Of a stretch of DNA of 51,643 bases, positions 9,664 to 19,071 are shown piece after piece (positions within the stretch are counted from its first letter, which is position 1; the number at the start of each line of letters is the position of its first letter). The translations under genes were made by a program, and so were the position numbers. This DNA is from Verrucomicrobiales bacterium. GTDB taxonomy: Bacteria; Verrucomicrobiota; Verrucomicrobiia; Verrucomicrobiales; SLCJ01. The stretch covers positions 1-51,643 of the forward strand of contig JBJTQJ010000110.1 in NCBI GenBank assembly GCA_046075565.1, given 5' to 3'. The notes under the pieces were generated by a model, which worked only from the letters and a program-made list of their open reading frames with translations, made no database searches and had not been told where the DNA came from.

Positions 9664-12600
9664 ATGCTGAAATGGATCATGCGCAAAATCGTTGGTTCCA
9701 AGAACCAACGCGTCATCCGCTCCTACCAACCGTTGGTGGCGGCCATCAATCGTTTTGAACTGGAGTATCAAAAACTCTCCGAGGATGAACTGCGGGCGAA
9801 AACCGCCGCCTGGCAGGCCATGTTCCGGCCATTCCATCCGATCCACATTCTTCCCGAAGAGAAGCTCCTCCGTCTGGAAGCCGACGCACTCGCCGGTTTC
9901 GCCGACGAATTCCGGGCCCGTCTCGACGGATTGAAAAAGCATTTCCCCTCGCTCGACACGACCCTGGCACCATCGAACGCCCCCCAGGCGGAACTTGCCG
10001 CTTCGATCACGGCAGCGAAGGAGCGTTATGCCAAGCTGGTGGACGATTTCCCATCCGTGCAAGCCAAGCTGTTGGAGCAGATCCTTCCGGAAGCATTCGC
10101 CGCGGTGAAGAATGCCTCGCGCCGCCTCTGCGGACAAAGTTGGAATGTCTGTGATGTTCCGGTGAAATGGGAGATGGTGCATTTCGACGTGCAGCTTGTC
10201 GGCGGTGTCGGCCTGCACAACGGGCGCATCGCTGAAATGCAAACCGGCGAGGGCAAGACCCTCGTCGCGACCTTGCCGGTCTATCTGAATGCCCTCACCG
10301 GACGCGGCGTGCATGTCATCACCGTCAACGACTACCTGGCCCGCCGGGATAGCGAGTGGGTGGGATATCTTTTCAAATACCTCGGCCTGACCGTCGGTTG
10401 TATCCAGTCGATGATGCCGTCCGACTACCGCCGCCAGCAGTATCTCTGCGATATCACCTATGGAACGGCCAGCGAGTTCGGATTCGATTACCTGCGTGAC
10501 AACGGCATGGCCAGCAGTAGGTTCGAACAGGTGCAGCGCGGTCACTACTTCGCCATCATCGACGAAGTTGACTCGATTCTCATCGACGAAGCCCGCACGC
10601 CGCTGATCATTTCCGGTCCGGTCACCGTGACCACCCACCAGTATGAGAGATTCAAGCCGCTGGTCGAACAGTTGGTGAAACGCCAGACCGTGCTCATGAA
10701 CGAGTGTATCGCCGAGGCCAAGGAAGCGGTGGATAAAGGCGACCCGGAAACCGCCGGTCTCGCCCTCTTCAAGGTCAAACTCGGCCAACCCCGCAACCGC
10801 GGCCTGCTCCGTATGATGGAAGAACCGGAACTGCGCCGGGCCATGGACAAAGCCGAGCTTTCATTTTATCAGGACGCGCAGAAGAAAGCCCTCATCGCGA
10901 TCAAGGAGACGCTTTACTTCACCATGGAAGAGCGCAGCAACGAAGCCGACCTCTCGGAAATGGGCCGCGAATTCCTCAGCCCGGGGGATCCGGAAGCCTT
11001 CGTTTTGCCCGACCTCGGCACCGCCTTCGCCGAAATCGATGGCGACCCGTCGCTTTCCGACACCGAACGCGACCAACGCAAGGCCGAGCTCCAGCAGAAG
11101 CTCGACTTCCAGGGCCAGCGCATGCACAACATCGCGCAATTGCTCAAAGCCTATTGCCTCTACGAAAAAGACGTGCACTACGTCGTGAACGCCGAAGGCA
11201 AGGTCGTGATTGTCGATGAGAACACCGGCCGTGAGATGCCGGGTCGCCGTTGGTCCGATGGCCTGCACCAGGCCGTCGAAGCCAAGGAAGGCGTGAAAAT
11301 CGACAAGGAATCGCAGACACTCGCCACCATCACCATCCAGAACTACTTCCGGATGTATGAGAAACTCGCGGGCATGACCGGCACCGCCGAAACGGAAGCC
11401 GCGGAGTTCTACGACATCTATCGCCTCGACGTGCTTGTCGTTCCAACGAACAAACCCAACCAGCGCCGCGATGAGAATGATCGTATTTTCAAAACGCGCC
11501 GCGAGAAGTTCAACGCCGTCGTCGATCGGATCAAGGACGCCCACGGCCGCCAGCAGCCGGTGCTTATCGGCACGGCTTCGGTCGAAGCCTCCGAGACTCT
11601 TTCGCGTATGTTGAAGCGGGAAAAGATCCCACACAGCGTGCTGAACGCGAAATACCACCTCCAGGAAGCCGAGATCGTCGCCCGCGCCGGGCAACCGGGG
11701 TCCGTTACCGTCTCCACGAACATGGCCGGTCGCGGCACCGACATCAAACTCGGAGCCGGCGTGCCCGAAGTCGGCGGACTACTCGTCGTCGGGACTGAAC
11801 GCCATGAGTCGCGCCGAATCGACCGCCAGTTGCGCGGTCGTTGCGCCCGCCAGGGTGACCCGGGCGAGAGTATTTTCTACCTCAGCTTCGAGGACGACCT
11901 CATGCGCAACTTCGGTGCCGCCGACCGCATGACCTCGCTCATGGAACGCTTCGGCATGAAGGAAGGGGAGGAACTCCAGCACCCGCTGCTCAACCGCTCC
12001 GTCGAAACGGCGCAGAAACGCGTCGAGCAACGTAACTACATGATCCGGAAACGCGTCCTCGAATATGACGACGTGATGAACCAACAGCGCCAGGTCGTTT
12101 ACGACTACCGCAACGAGATCATCGATTCCGATCGCCCGCGCGACCTTATCCACGAGATCATCGACGAAGCGATCCCACTGAAGGTTTCGCAGTTCCTTAG
12201 CGAGGACCCAGATGATCCGGGCGACCCTGCCGGTCTGCTCAACTGGGTGAACATGACCTTCCCCCTCGGGATGGGCACCGACGCCGCCGCGTTCTCCACC
12301 CGCGACAGCAGCGGGAATGCCGCCTTCCTCATCGAACGCGTGCGCAAAGCCTACGATCTCAAGATCCAGCACGAGTCGCCCGAGGCCGTCGAGGACCTCG
12401 AGCGTTATATCCTCCTCAATGCCATCGACCGCCTCTGGCAAGAACACCTCTACAGCATGGACGGCCTGCGTGACGGCGTGTATCTCCGCGCCCACGGCCA
12501 GAAGGACCCGCTTGTCGAATATAAGAACGAAGCTTTCGTGCTTTTCGGCGATCTGATGCAGAACATCAAGTTCGAGGTGCTCAACAATCTCTTCCGCAGC

Positions 12601-12879
12601 ACCACGAATCTCCAGCAGTTCGAGCATTTCCTGCAAAGCCTGCCCCAACGTCTCAGCTCCGCCGGTAGCAACGAAGCGCCACCTCCAGGTTCCATGCGCC
12701 CGGCTCTGGATGCAGGGAACCTGACCATGTCCTCCCAACCCTCCGCCGAACCAGCGGAAGACACCGGCCCGAAACTCCGTCTGCCCCTCAAGCGCAATCT
12801 GCCGACCGTTGGTCGTAATGATGCTTGCCCCTGCGGCAGCGGGAAAAAATTCAAGAGTTGCTGCGGGCGCTCCGCCTGA
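9664..12879 (+). CDS. secA: Preprotein translocase subunit SecA
   Basis: EMQTGEGKT, VNDYLARRD, IDEVDSILIDEARTPLIISG, TNMAGRGTDI, RRIDRQLRGR and C-terminal SEC-C motif CPCGSGKKFKSCC. Confidence 0.98.
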   Translation: MLKWIMRKIVGSKNQRVIRSYQPLVAAINRFELEYQKLSEDELRAKTAAWQAMFRPFHPIHILPEEKLLRLEADALAGFADEFRARLDGLKKHFPSLDTTLAPSNAPQAELAASITAAKERYAKLVDDFPSVQAKLLEQILPEAFAAVKNASRRLCGQSWNVCDVPVKWEMVHFDVQLVGGVGLHNGRIAEMQTGEGKTLVATLPVYLNALTGRGVHVITVNDYLARRDSEWVGYLFKYLGLTVGCIQSMMPSDYRRQQYLCDITYGTASEFGFDYLRDNGMASSRFEQVQRGHYFAIIDEVDSILIDEARTPLIISGPVTVTTHQYERFKPLVEQLVKRQTVLMNECIAEAKEAVDKGDPETAGLALFKVKLGQPRNRGLLRMMEEPELRRAMDKAELSFYQDAQKKALIAIKETLYFTMEERSNEADLSEMGREFLSPGDPEAFVLPDLGTAFAEIDGDPSLSDTERDQRKAELQQKLDFQGQRMHNIAQLLKAYCLYEKDVHYVVNAEGKVVIVDENTGREMPGRRWSDGLHQAVEAKEGVKIDKESQTLATITIQNYFRMYEKLAGMTGTAETEAAEFYDIYRLDVLVVPTNKPNQRRDENDRIFKTRREKFNAVVDRIKDAHGRQQPVLIGTASVEASETLSRMLKREKIPHSVLNAKYHLQEAEIVARAGQPGSVTVSTNMAGRGTDIKLGAGVPEVGGLLVVGTERHESRRIDRQLRGRCARQGDPGESIFYLSFEDDLMRNFGAADRMTSLMERFGMKEGEELQHPLLNRSVETAQKRVEQRNYMIRKRVLEYDDVMNQQRQVVYDYRNEIIDSDRPRDLIHEIIDEAIPLKVSQFLSEDPDDPGDPAGLLNWVNMTFPLGMGTDAAAFSTRDSSGNAAFLIERVRKAYDLKIQHESPEAVEDLERYILLNAIDRLWQEHLYSMDGLRDGVYLRAHGQKDPLVEYKNEAFVLFGDLMQNIKFEVLNNLFRSTTNLQQFEHFLQSLPQRLSSAGSNEAPPPGSMRPALDAGNLTMSSQPSAEPAEDTGPKLRLPLKRNLPTVGRNDACPCGSGKKFKSCCGRSA

Positions 12880-12972
12880 GGCGGACGAACCCACGCCGGA
12901 CCATTACCGGTCCCGTTCCTGACCCTGGAAAATATCCAGGAGGGAATGGGTGTCGTATTCTGTTAATTTCAT

Positions 12973-14241
12973 TCACCTCTCGAGCAGCATCCGGTCACCG
13001 AGCAGAACCATTCGCACGGACCCGCCCAGTGTTTGGCCGAGGAACGGATTGTTTCTGCCTTGGGAGCGGAGGAAATCTTTGTCCACTTTGGTCGACGCTT
13101 TCGGATCGAAAACCACCGCGTCCACTTCCTTGCCGACGGCAATTTCCGGCACGGGCAAGCCGAGCAAACGGCGCGGGGCCGAGCAATACGCTTCGACGAG
13201 CCGACTCCAGGTCAGATGACCGGGTGCGATGAAATGATGGTGGAGCGCAAGTAGGGCGGTATCGAGGGCGCTCACGCCAAAGGGAGCCGAGGTAAAATCG
13301 GTGTTCTTTTCGAAATCGCTGTGCGGTGCGTGGTCGCTGGTGATCAGATCGGCCGTGCCGTCGCGCAGGGCATCCAACAAAGCGGCTTTGTCTTCCTCAA
13401 GACGCAGGGGTGGATCCATCTTGAAACGCGTGTCGTAATCACCGACCGCAGTTTCGTCGAAGATGAGATGGTGGGGCGTGACCTCGCAGGTGATGGGCAG
13501 GCCTTCTTCTTTGGCTGCGCGCACGATGGCCATGCCGCGCGCGGTCGAGACATGCTGGAGGTGGAGCCGGCAACCGGTGAGCCTCGCCAAGGCGATATCG
13601 CGGCCGATGGCAATCTCCTCAGCGATGGCAGGGATGCCGGGCAGCCCGAGGGCGTAACTGGTGTAGCCTTCGCTCATGGCCCCTCCCTGCCAGAGCGCTG
13701 GAGTCGTGGCGTGGCTGGCGATGGTGAGGCCGAAATCACGGGCGTATTCCATCGCCCGGCGCAAGACCTGCGGATTTTCCACCGGCTTGGGATCATCAGT
13801 AAGCAGACGTGCGCCCATGGCGGCCATGTCGCCGATGGCGGCCAGTTCCGCTCCGGCACGTCCCTTGGTGATACATCCGGCGGGAAAAACCGGCACCCGC
13901 GACTTGGCGGCTGCCAAATCCAGCACACTCCGCACCATGCCGCCGGTATCAATCGCCGGGTCGGTATTCGGCATGGCGAGCATTCCGGTGATGCCTCCGT
14001 TGATGGCGGCGGCAGATCCGCTGGCCATGTCCTCCTTGTCTTCGCGCCCCGGTTCGCGCAGATGGACATTCATGTCGAACAATCCCGGCAAGAGCAACAG
14101 CCCGCCCGCATCGATCTCCTTCGCGCCCGATGGCAAGGGCACGTTTTCACCAATCGCTTCGAAGCGGCCGGCGCGCACGAGCACGTCGGCGATTTGTCCG
14201 GTGGCGGCGATTTGAATCCTGCGGAGTAGAAGGTCGGGCAT
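12973..14241 (-). CDS. pyrC: Dihydroorotase (type I / multifunctional-complex type); first metal-ligand His replaced by Asn
   Basis: PGLFDMNVHLREPG, AMPNTDP, HLQHVST, EVTPHHL, SDHAPH; downstream of pyrB. Confidence 0.88.
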   Translation of the reverse strand: MPDLLLRRIQIAATGQIADVLVRAGRFEAIGENVPLPSGAKEIDAGGLLLLPGLFDMNVHLREPGREDKEDMASGSAAAINGGITGMLAMPNTDPAIDTGGMVRSVLDLAAAKSRVPVFPAGCITKGRAGAELAAIGDMAAMGARLLTDDPKPVENPQVLRRAMEYARDFGLTIASHATTPALWQGGAMSEGYTSYALGLPGIPAIAEEIAIGRDIALARLTGCRLHLQHVSTARGMAIVRAAKEEGLPITCEVTPHHLIFDETAVGDYDTRFKMDPPLRLEEDKAALLDALRDGTADLITSDHAPHSDFEKNTDFTSAPFGVSALDTALLALHHHFIAPGHLTWSRLVEAYCSAPRRLLGLPVPEIAVGKEVDAVVFDPKASTKVDKDFLRSQGRNNPFLGQTLGGSVRMVLLGDRMLLER

Positions 14242-14261
14242 GGGAGAAGAATGGGAGCTTG

Positions 14262-15206
14262 TTAGGATTCGCGTTCGACGGTGCCGGGGCGCAGCCAGTA
14301 AAGCACGGCCATCCGCGTGGCGATGCCGTTCTCCACCTGCTGGTTGATGAGAGTGCGCTCGTAATCCATGACCGCATCGACCAGCTCGACGCCGCGGTTG
14401 ACCGGCCCCGGGTGCATCACGTGGATGCCCTCGGCGCGCACGCGCTTGAATCGTTCGGCATTCAGTCCGAAGTGCTGGTGGTATTCGTGCACGCTCGGGA
14501 AAAACTGATCCTGCTGCCGTTCCCTTTGCACACGCAGCAGGTAGATGAAATCAGGTTTCCAGGCCATGGCATCGTCGAAGGTTGTGAAGACCTTCAGGTA
14601 GTCGGGCCGGAAACGCGGCACCAGCGTGCCGGGACCGAGTGCGGCCACATGGATGCCGAGCTTATGCAGGATGCGGCTGGTCGAACGCGCGACCCGCGAG
14701 TGCTGGAAATCGCCGACGATGAGCACCCGTCGCCCGGCCGTATCGGGATAAATCTCCCGCATGGTGAAGGCATCGAGCAGGGCCTGGGTTGGATGGGCGT
14801 GCCATCCATCCCCGGCATTGATCACACTGGCCTGGGTGTGCCGCGCGATGAGACCCGGAACGCCCGACATCTGGTGGCGCACGATGATATAATCCACGCG
14901 CATGGCCTGGAGGGTATCGATGGTGTCGATGATGCTCTCCCCTTTCACCACCGAGGAAGTCGAGACGGTAAAGTTGGTCACGTCGGCCGAGAGACGCTTG
15001 GCGGCGATTTCAAAAGAGGAGCGCGTGCGTGTGGACGGCTCGTAGAAAAGATTGAGCACCGATTTTCCCTGCAGGGTCGGGACTTTCTTGACCGAGCGCT
15101 GGAAAAGATCTTTGAAGGGTTTGGCCGATTCGAGAAGGAATTCGATTTCCTCCCGCTGCAGGGATTCGATATCGAGGAGATCTTTGCGTCGGGCCGGAGA
15201 ATTCAT
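14262..15206 (-). CDS. pyrB: Aspartate carbamoyltransferase catalytic subunit
   Basis: FYEPSTRTRSSF, HPTQALLD, MHPGPVNRG motifs. Confidence 0.97.
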   Translation of the reverse strand: MNSPARRKDLLDIESLQREEIEFLLESAKPFKDLFQRSVKKVPTLQGKSVLNLFYEPSTRTRSSFEIAAKRLSADVTNFTVSTSSVVKGESIIDTIDTLQAMRVDYIIVRHQMSGVPGLIARHTQASVINAGDGWHAHPTQALLDAFTMREIYPDTAGRRVLIVGDFQHSRVARSTSRILHKLGIHVAALGPGTLVPRFRPDYLKVFTTFDDAMAWKPDFIYLLRVQRERQQDQFFPSVHEYHQHFGLNAERFKRVRAEGIHVMHPGPVNRGVELVDAVMDYERTLINQQVENGIATRMAVLYWLRPGTVERES

Positions 15207-15751
15207 GCGGAAGAGTGAGCGGGATCAAGGAGGGCCACGGCTTCGGAGCCATCACATTCGCGAAGGCTCACCCGCACGTGCTGGCCGGGACTGGTGGCCA
15301 GGGTAAATCCAATATAGTCGGCTTGGATGGGCAACTCGCGCCCGCCGCGATCGACAAGCACGGCCAATTCGATTTTCGCGGGACGCCCGAGGTCCATGAT
15401 GCCATCGAGGGCGGCGCGGATAGTGCGCCCGGTGAAAAGAACATCATCGCAGAGGATGACCCGCGCTCCATCCACCGGCACGGGCACCTTGGTGGACTTC
15501 AAAACGGGCACGCTGCCCCGGTGTTCGAGGTCGTCGCGGTAGAGGGAAATGTCGAGGGTGCCGAGGGGAGCCTCGCAGCCTTGGGCGGCCAGCGCCTTGT
15601 GCAGTCGCTCCGCAACCGTCACCCCGCGGGTATGGATACCAACCAGAACCGGGCTCACTCCGCCGCAGGATTCGATAATCTCGGCCGCCATCCGGAAGAT
15701 CTTCGCCTCGATTCCGTTCGCATCGAGCACGATATGGGATTCTTCGGCCAT
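15203..15751 (-). CDS. pyrR: PyrR pyrimidine regulator / uracil phosphoribosyltransferase
   Basis: GIHTRG, LDISLYRDDL, DDVLFTGRTIRAA, LVDRGGRELPIQADY; ATGA overlap with pyrB. Start taken at ATG 15751. Confidence 0.95.
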   Translation of the reverse strand: MAEESHIVLDANGIEAKIFRMAAEIIESCGGVSPVLVGIHTRGVTVAERLHKALAAQGCEAPLGTLDISLYRDDLEHRGSVPVLKSTKVPVPVDGARVILCDDVLFTGRTIRAALDGIMDLGRPAKIELAVLVDRGGRELPIQADYIGFTLATSPGQHVRVSLRECDGSEAVALLDPAHSSA

Positions 15752-15861
15752 CGAGAGACACTTTCGGCCATGGTCCGGGGGGGAGTCAATCACTTCCTTG
15801 CATTCAGCGCGCGAAAGCCGCTTTTCCTTGCCACCCCATTGATTTCGGGCAGATTCGCCCG

Positions 15862-16452
15862 ATGCCCGTCCCCCGATTGATTCTTGCTTCCGCCAGTCCG
15901 CGCCGCCATGACCTGCTCGCGGCAGCGGGAGTCAATTTTACCGTGGAGACAGCGCTCACCGAGGAGCTGCACGATGCGCGTATGGCTCCCGAAGAACTGG
16001 TGGTCTGGAATGCGCTCGCCAAAGCCCGCGAGGTGGCCGCTCGTCATCCTGACGCGGCCGCGCTCGGAGCCGACACGCTCGTCTATCTGGGAAGCGAACC
16101 TCTGGGCAAACCGACGGATCTCACCGAAGCGGCTTCCATGCTCCGGCGCCTCTCCGGTCGCGAACACGAGGTCTGGACCGGCCTTGCCCTTGTCGCTGGC
16201 GACCGCGTGATCGGCACCCGCACCGTGAAGACCCGTGTCCGCTTCGCCGCTCTCGATGATGACACCATTGCCGCCTACCATGCTCTGGTCGATCCCCTCG
16301 ACAAAGCAGGGGCCTACGGCATCCAAGAGCATGCCGATTTGTTAGGAGCGGAAGTCGACGGTCCGCTGGACAATGTGATCGGCCTGCCGGTGGAAGTTAC
16401 CATCGGGTTGATAGCTATGATCCCTGCCTCCCTTGCCGCACATATTCGTTGA
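15862..16452 (+). CDS. maf: Maf family nucleoside triphosphate pyrophosphatase
   Basis: ILASASPRR, GADTLV, DKAGAYGIQ, NVIGLP. Confidence 0.93.
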   Translation: MPVPRLILASASPRRHDLLAAAGVNFTVETALTEELHDARMAPEELVVWNALAKAREVAARHPDAAALGADTLVYLGSEPLGKPTDLTEAASMLRRLSGREHEVWTGLALVAGDRVIGTRTVKTRVRFAALDDDTIAAYHALVDPLDKAGAYGIQEHADLLGAEVDGPLDNVIGLPVEVTIGLIAMIPASLAAHIR

Positions 16453-16692
16453 TTCAAGTTCCTGACCCCATCTTTACGGGGCAAGAGCGAGACGCTCTTG
16501 CTACAGTGGGCATTGCAGATCAAGGAGATTTTGCCCGCGAGCATCCACCCGAACCGTAGCAAGACCGTCTCGGTCTTGCCCTTAAACCGATTTCCATTGG
16601 TGAAATCTGGGGCAAAGAGAACGGTATCCGGGCTGCCTCCATTTCCCATTGGCAGATCTGAAAAACCCAACGAAGGTTGGGGCCGACCCCAC

Positions 16693-18573
16693 ATGGCCGA
16701 AAACGCAGAGAACTTCACCCCGAGCACCCGCAACTGGCGGTCTTTTCTCGCTTTGGTCGCGCTGCAGACTCAGAACGCGTTTAATGACAACGCGGTGCGG
16801 TTCATCCTGCTACCACTCGGCACCGCCTTGGCGGCGGAACTGGGCGGCATTTCGGGCTATTTCCAGCACATCCTGGCCGCCTGTCTGGTCGTGCCCTATA
16901 TCCTCTTTTCCCCGCTGACCGGGTGGATGGCGGATCGCTTCTCAAAGAAGTCGATGATCACCTCCGCCTTGGTGCTGCAATCAGCGGTGTTTCTCACCAT
17001 CATGGCGGCGGTGCATCTTCGCCTGATCTGGATTGCCACGGCCGGATTTTTCCTGCTCGCCCTGCAATCCACCCTGCTCAGTCCGGCGAAAAACGGCATC
17101 ATCAAGGAACTGGTGGGCACCGCACGATTGAACTTCGCCAACGGCTGGATGGAAATGACCCTCATCGTCGCCATCCTCACCGGGATGTTTGTCGGTGGAT
17201 GGGCTTTTGACCATGGATACATGGGGCGTCCGCCCACCGCGGACAACGCATGGTCCGCCGCCGCCGCTCCACTCTGGTTGCTCACTGCCGCGACCTTGCT
17301 CGCGCTCTTGTTCGGCGCGGGAGTGGAAAAAGTGTCGCCCTGCAAACCGGATGAACGATTCCATCCCGGATTGTTATGGGGGCATTTCATCGAACTGAAA
17401 CGCCTCTTCTCCACGCGGGCCATGCGGCTGTCCGCCATCGGCGTGACCTACTTCTGGATCCTCGGCGCCATGGCGCAACTGGTCATCGTGCAGGTTGCAA
17501 AAGAAGCAACCGGCGGCCAGGGCGGCATGGGCAGCGCAACCTCGATCATGACCGCCTGCGCCAGTGGCGGTATCGCCATCGGTGCCATGGTCGCGGCTCT
17601 CGTCGGCCGCAAACGCACGGAATTCGGCCTCGTGCCTGCCGGTGGCATCCTCATGTCTCTGGCCTGCGCGGCGCTCGCCTTCACTCCGGTTGGCGGGAAC
17701 GCTTTCAGCATCGGTCTCATCGCCGTCGGCGCGTTCTCCGCGATCTTCTACGTTCCGCTCTTCGCTTTTCTCCAGGAGCTGGCACCAGAAACGGAACGCG
17801 GACGCCTCATCGCCGCTTCGAATTTGCTCAACAACCTCGGCATGGTATTCGCCACCCTTCTTCAGGCACTGATGATGAAATCCGGCCTCGGAGTGGGCGC
17901 CCAATTCGGCATCATGGGCGCGGCCTCGCTGATCGTCGCCTTCATTACGTTGCGGCTGCTGCCGGATCGATTCTTCCGCATGATTCTTCTGCCGCTCGCC
18001 CGCCGCATTTGGAAAGTGAAAGCAAGCGGGATCGAGAACGTGCCCGCGCAAGGCGGTGTGCTGATGGTGTGCAACCACATGAGTTATGTGGACGCCTTCG
18101 TTCTTTCTTCCGCCTGCCCCCGACCGATCCGTTTCCTTATCTTCGAAGGCTACTACAATCTGTGGTGGGCGCGTTGGTTTCTCAACATCTTCGGAGCGGT
18201 GCCCATCGCGCGCGGCAAAGCCCACGGAGCCATCAAAGCCGCCGCAACCGCCCTCGAAGAAGGCCATCTCGTCTGTATCTTTCCGGAAGGCAAACTCACC
18301 ACCGATGGAAAAATGAACCCGTTCCTCGGAGGACTCGAACTCATTCTCCGTCGCAGCCCCGTGCCGGTCGTGCCGGCGGCCATTCGCGGCTTGTGGGGAT
18401 CGTTCTTTTCCCATGCCGGCGGCGCACCCTTCACCTGGCGACGCACTGAACGCGCTAGCCCGGCGTGTATTTCCTTCGGTCCCGCGCTGCCCGCGACCAG
18501 CACCGCAAGTGAAGCCGAAGCGGCCGTGAGGAAGCTCGCGGAGGCACCCGATAAACCCGGTATCGGAAGCTGA
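16693..18573 (+). CDS. MFS lysophospholipid transporter (LplT-like) fused to a PlsC-type acyltransferase
   Basis: QNAFNDN, GWMADRFSK, SPAKNGII MFS motifs; C-terminal NHMSYVD (HX4D) and FPEG acyltransferase motifs. Start taken at ATG 16693. Confidence 0.88.
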   Translation: MAENAENFTPSTRNWRSFLALVALQTQNAFNDNAVRFILLPLGTALAAELGGISGYFQHILAACLVVPYILFSPLTGWMADRFSKKSMITSALVLQSAVFLTIMAAVHLRLIWIATAGFFLLALQSTLLSPAKNGIIKELVGTARLNFANGWMEMTLIVAILTGMFVGGWAFDHGYMGRPPTADNAWSAAAAPLWLLTAATLLALLFGAGVEKVSPCKPDERFHPGLLWGHFIELKRLFSTRAMRLSAIGVTYFWILGAMAQLVIVQVAKEATGGQGGMGSATSIMTACASGGIAIGAMVAALVGRKRTEFGLVPAGGILMSLACAALAFTPVGGNAFSIGLIAVGAFSAIFYVPLFAFLQELAPETERGRLIAASNLLNNLGMVFATLLQALMMKSGLGVGAQFGIMGAASLIVAFITLRLLPDRFFRMILLPLARRIWKVKASGIENVPAQGGVLMVCNHMSYVDAFVLSSACPRPIRFLIFEGYYNLWWARWFLNIFGAVPIARGKAHGAIKAAATALEEGHLVCIFPEGKLTTDGKMNPFLGGLELILRRSPVPVVPAAIRGLWGSFFSHAGGAPFTWRRTERASPACISFGPALPATSTASEAEAAVRKLAEAPDKPGIGS

Positions 18574-18623
18574 TCACCACCGTCCTGCACCATCTCTTGT
18601 GCCGAAGGTCGAATCTAGGGATC

Positions 18624-18717
18624 AATCCCAACGGGATTGTGCCCCATAGCCCGGGGTTGCCCGGCTTGCCGGGCTACCCCGGGTATCGAAGAAAGAATCT
18701 CCCAAACCCTGAAGGGG
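18624..18717. repeat. Palindromic REP-like element (nested hairpins)
   Basis: Hairpins aatccc-aac-gggatt and cccggggttgccc...gggctaccccggg, plus a partial ccc-tgaa-ggg hairpin, in the spacer between convergent genes. Confidence 0.6.
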
Positions 18718-18776
18718 CATGCGCGTCAACTCAAGAATCGGTGCAAAGGAAACTCGCCTTAGAATTTGTTGAAGCT

Positions 18777-18888
18777 TGGAGTGCGGCGGCAAGCCCCGGC
18801 GCGACACCGCTTTGGGATAGGGACGCACCATCCTCCAAAGCGCTGTCGTCGTTCGCCAAAGGCTCCCTCTGCCAGCGCACTCTGACAC
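18777..18888 (+). repeat. REP-like palindromic element, copy 1
   Basis: tggagtgcggcggc...gacaccgctttgg...ccaaagcgctgtc...gccagcgcactc; self-complementary ends; inverted relative at 25952-26063. Confidence 0.8.
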
Positions 18889-18931
18889 GATTGCGATTCG
18901 GATGCTTACTGGCACGAGCGGTTGAACCCCC

Positions 18932-19023
18932 GTAGCGGCAACGCTTCCGGTGCCGGGCGAGGGACGCTTCACTTCCTCCGAGCCGCGATGTCCCATCACC
19001 GGAACGCGAAGGCGTTCCGCTGC
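18932..19023. repeat. Degenerate GTAG-type REP doublet
   Basis: GTAG-cggcaacgcttccggtgccg and, inverted about 45 nt later, cggaacgcgaaggcgttccg-ctgc. Confidence 0.5.
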
Positions 19024-19071
19024 TGATTGAAATGCGCCTTTCGAGATTGATAAGGTAAAACCAAACTCGAC

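Noticed and set aside
9496-12894. Long minus-strand ORFs (430, 277 and 371 aa) opposite secA
   Set aside because: Antisense shadows of a high-GC3 gene with no family motifs.
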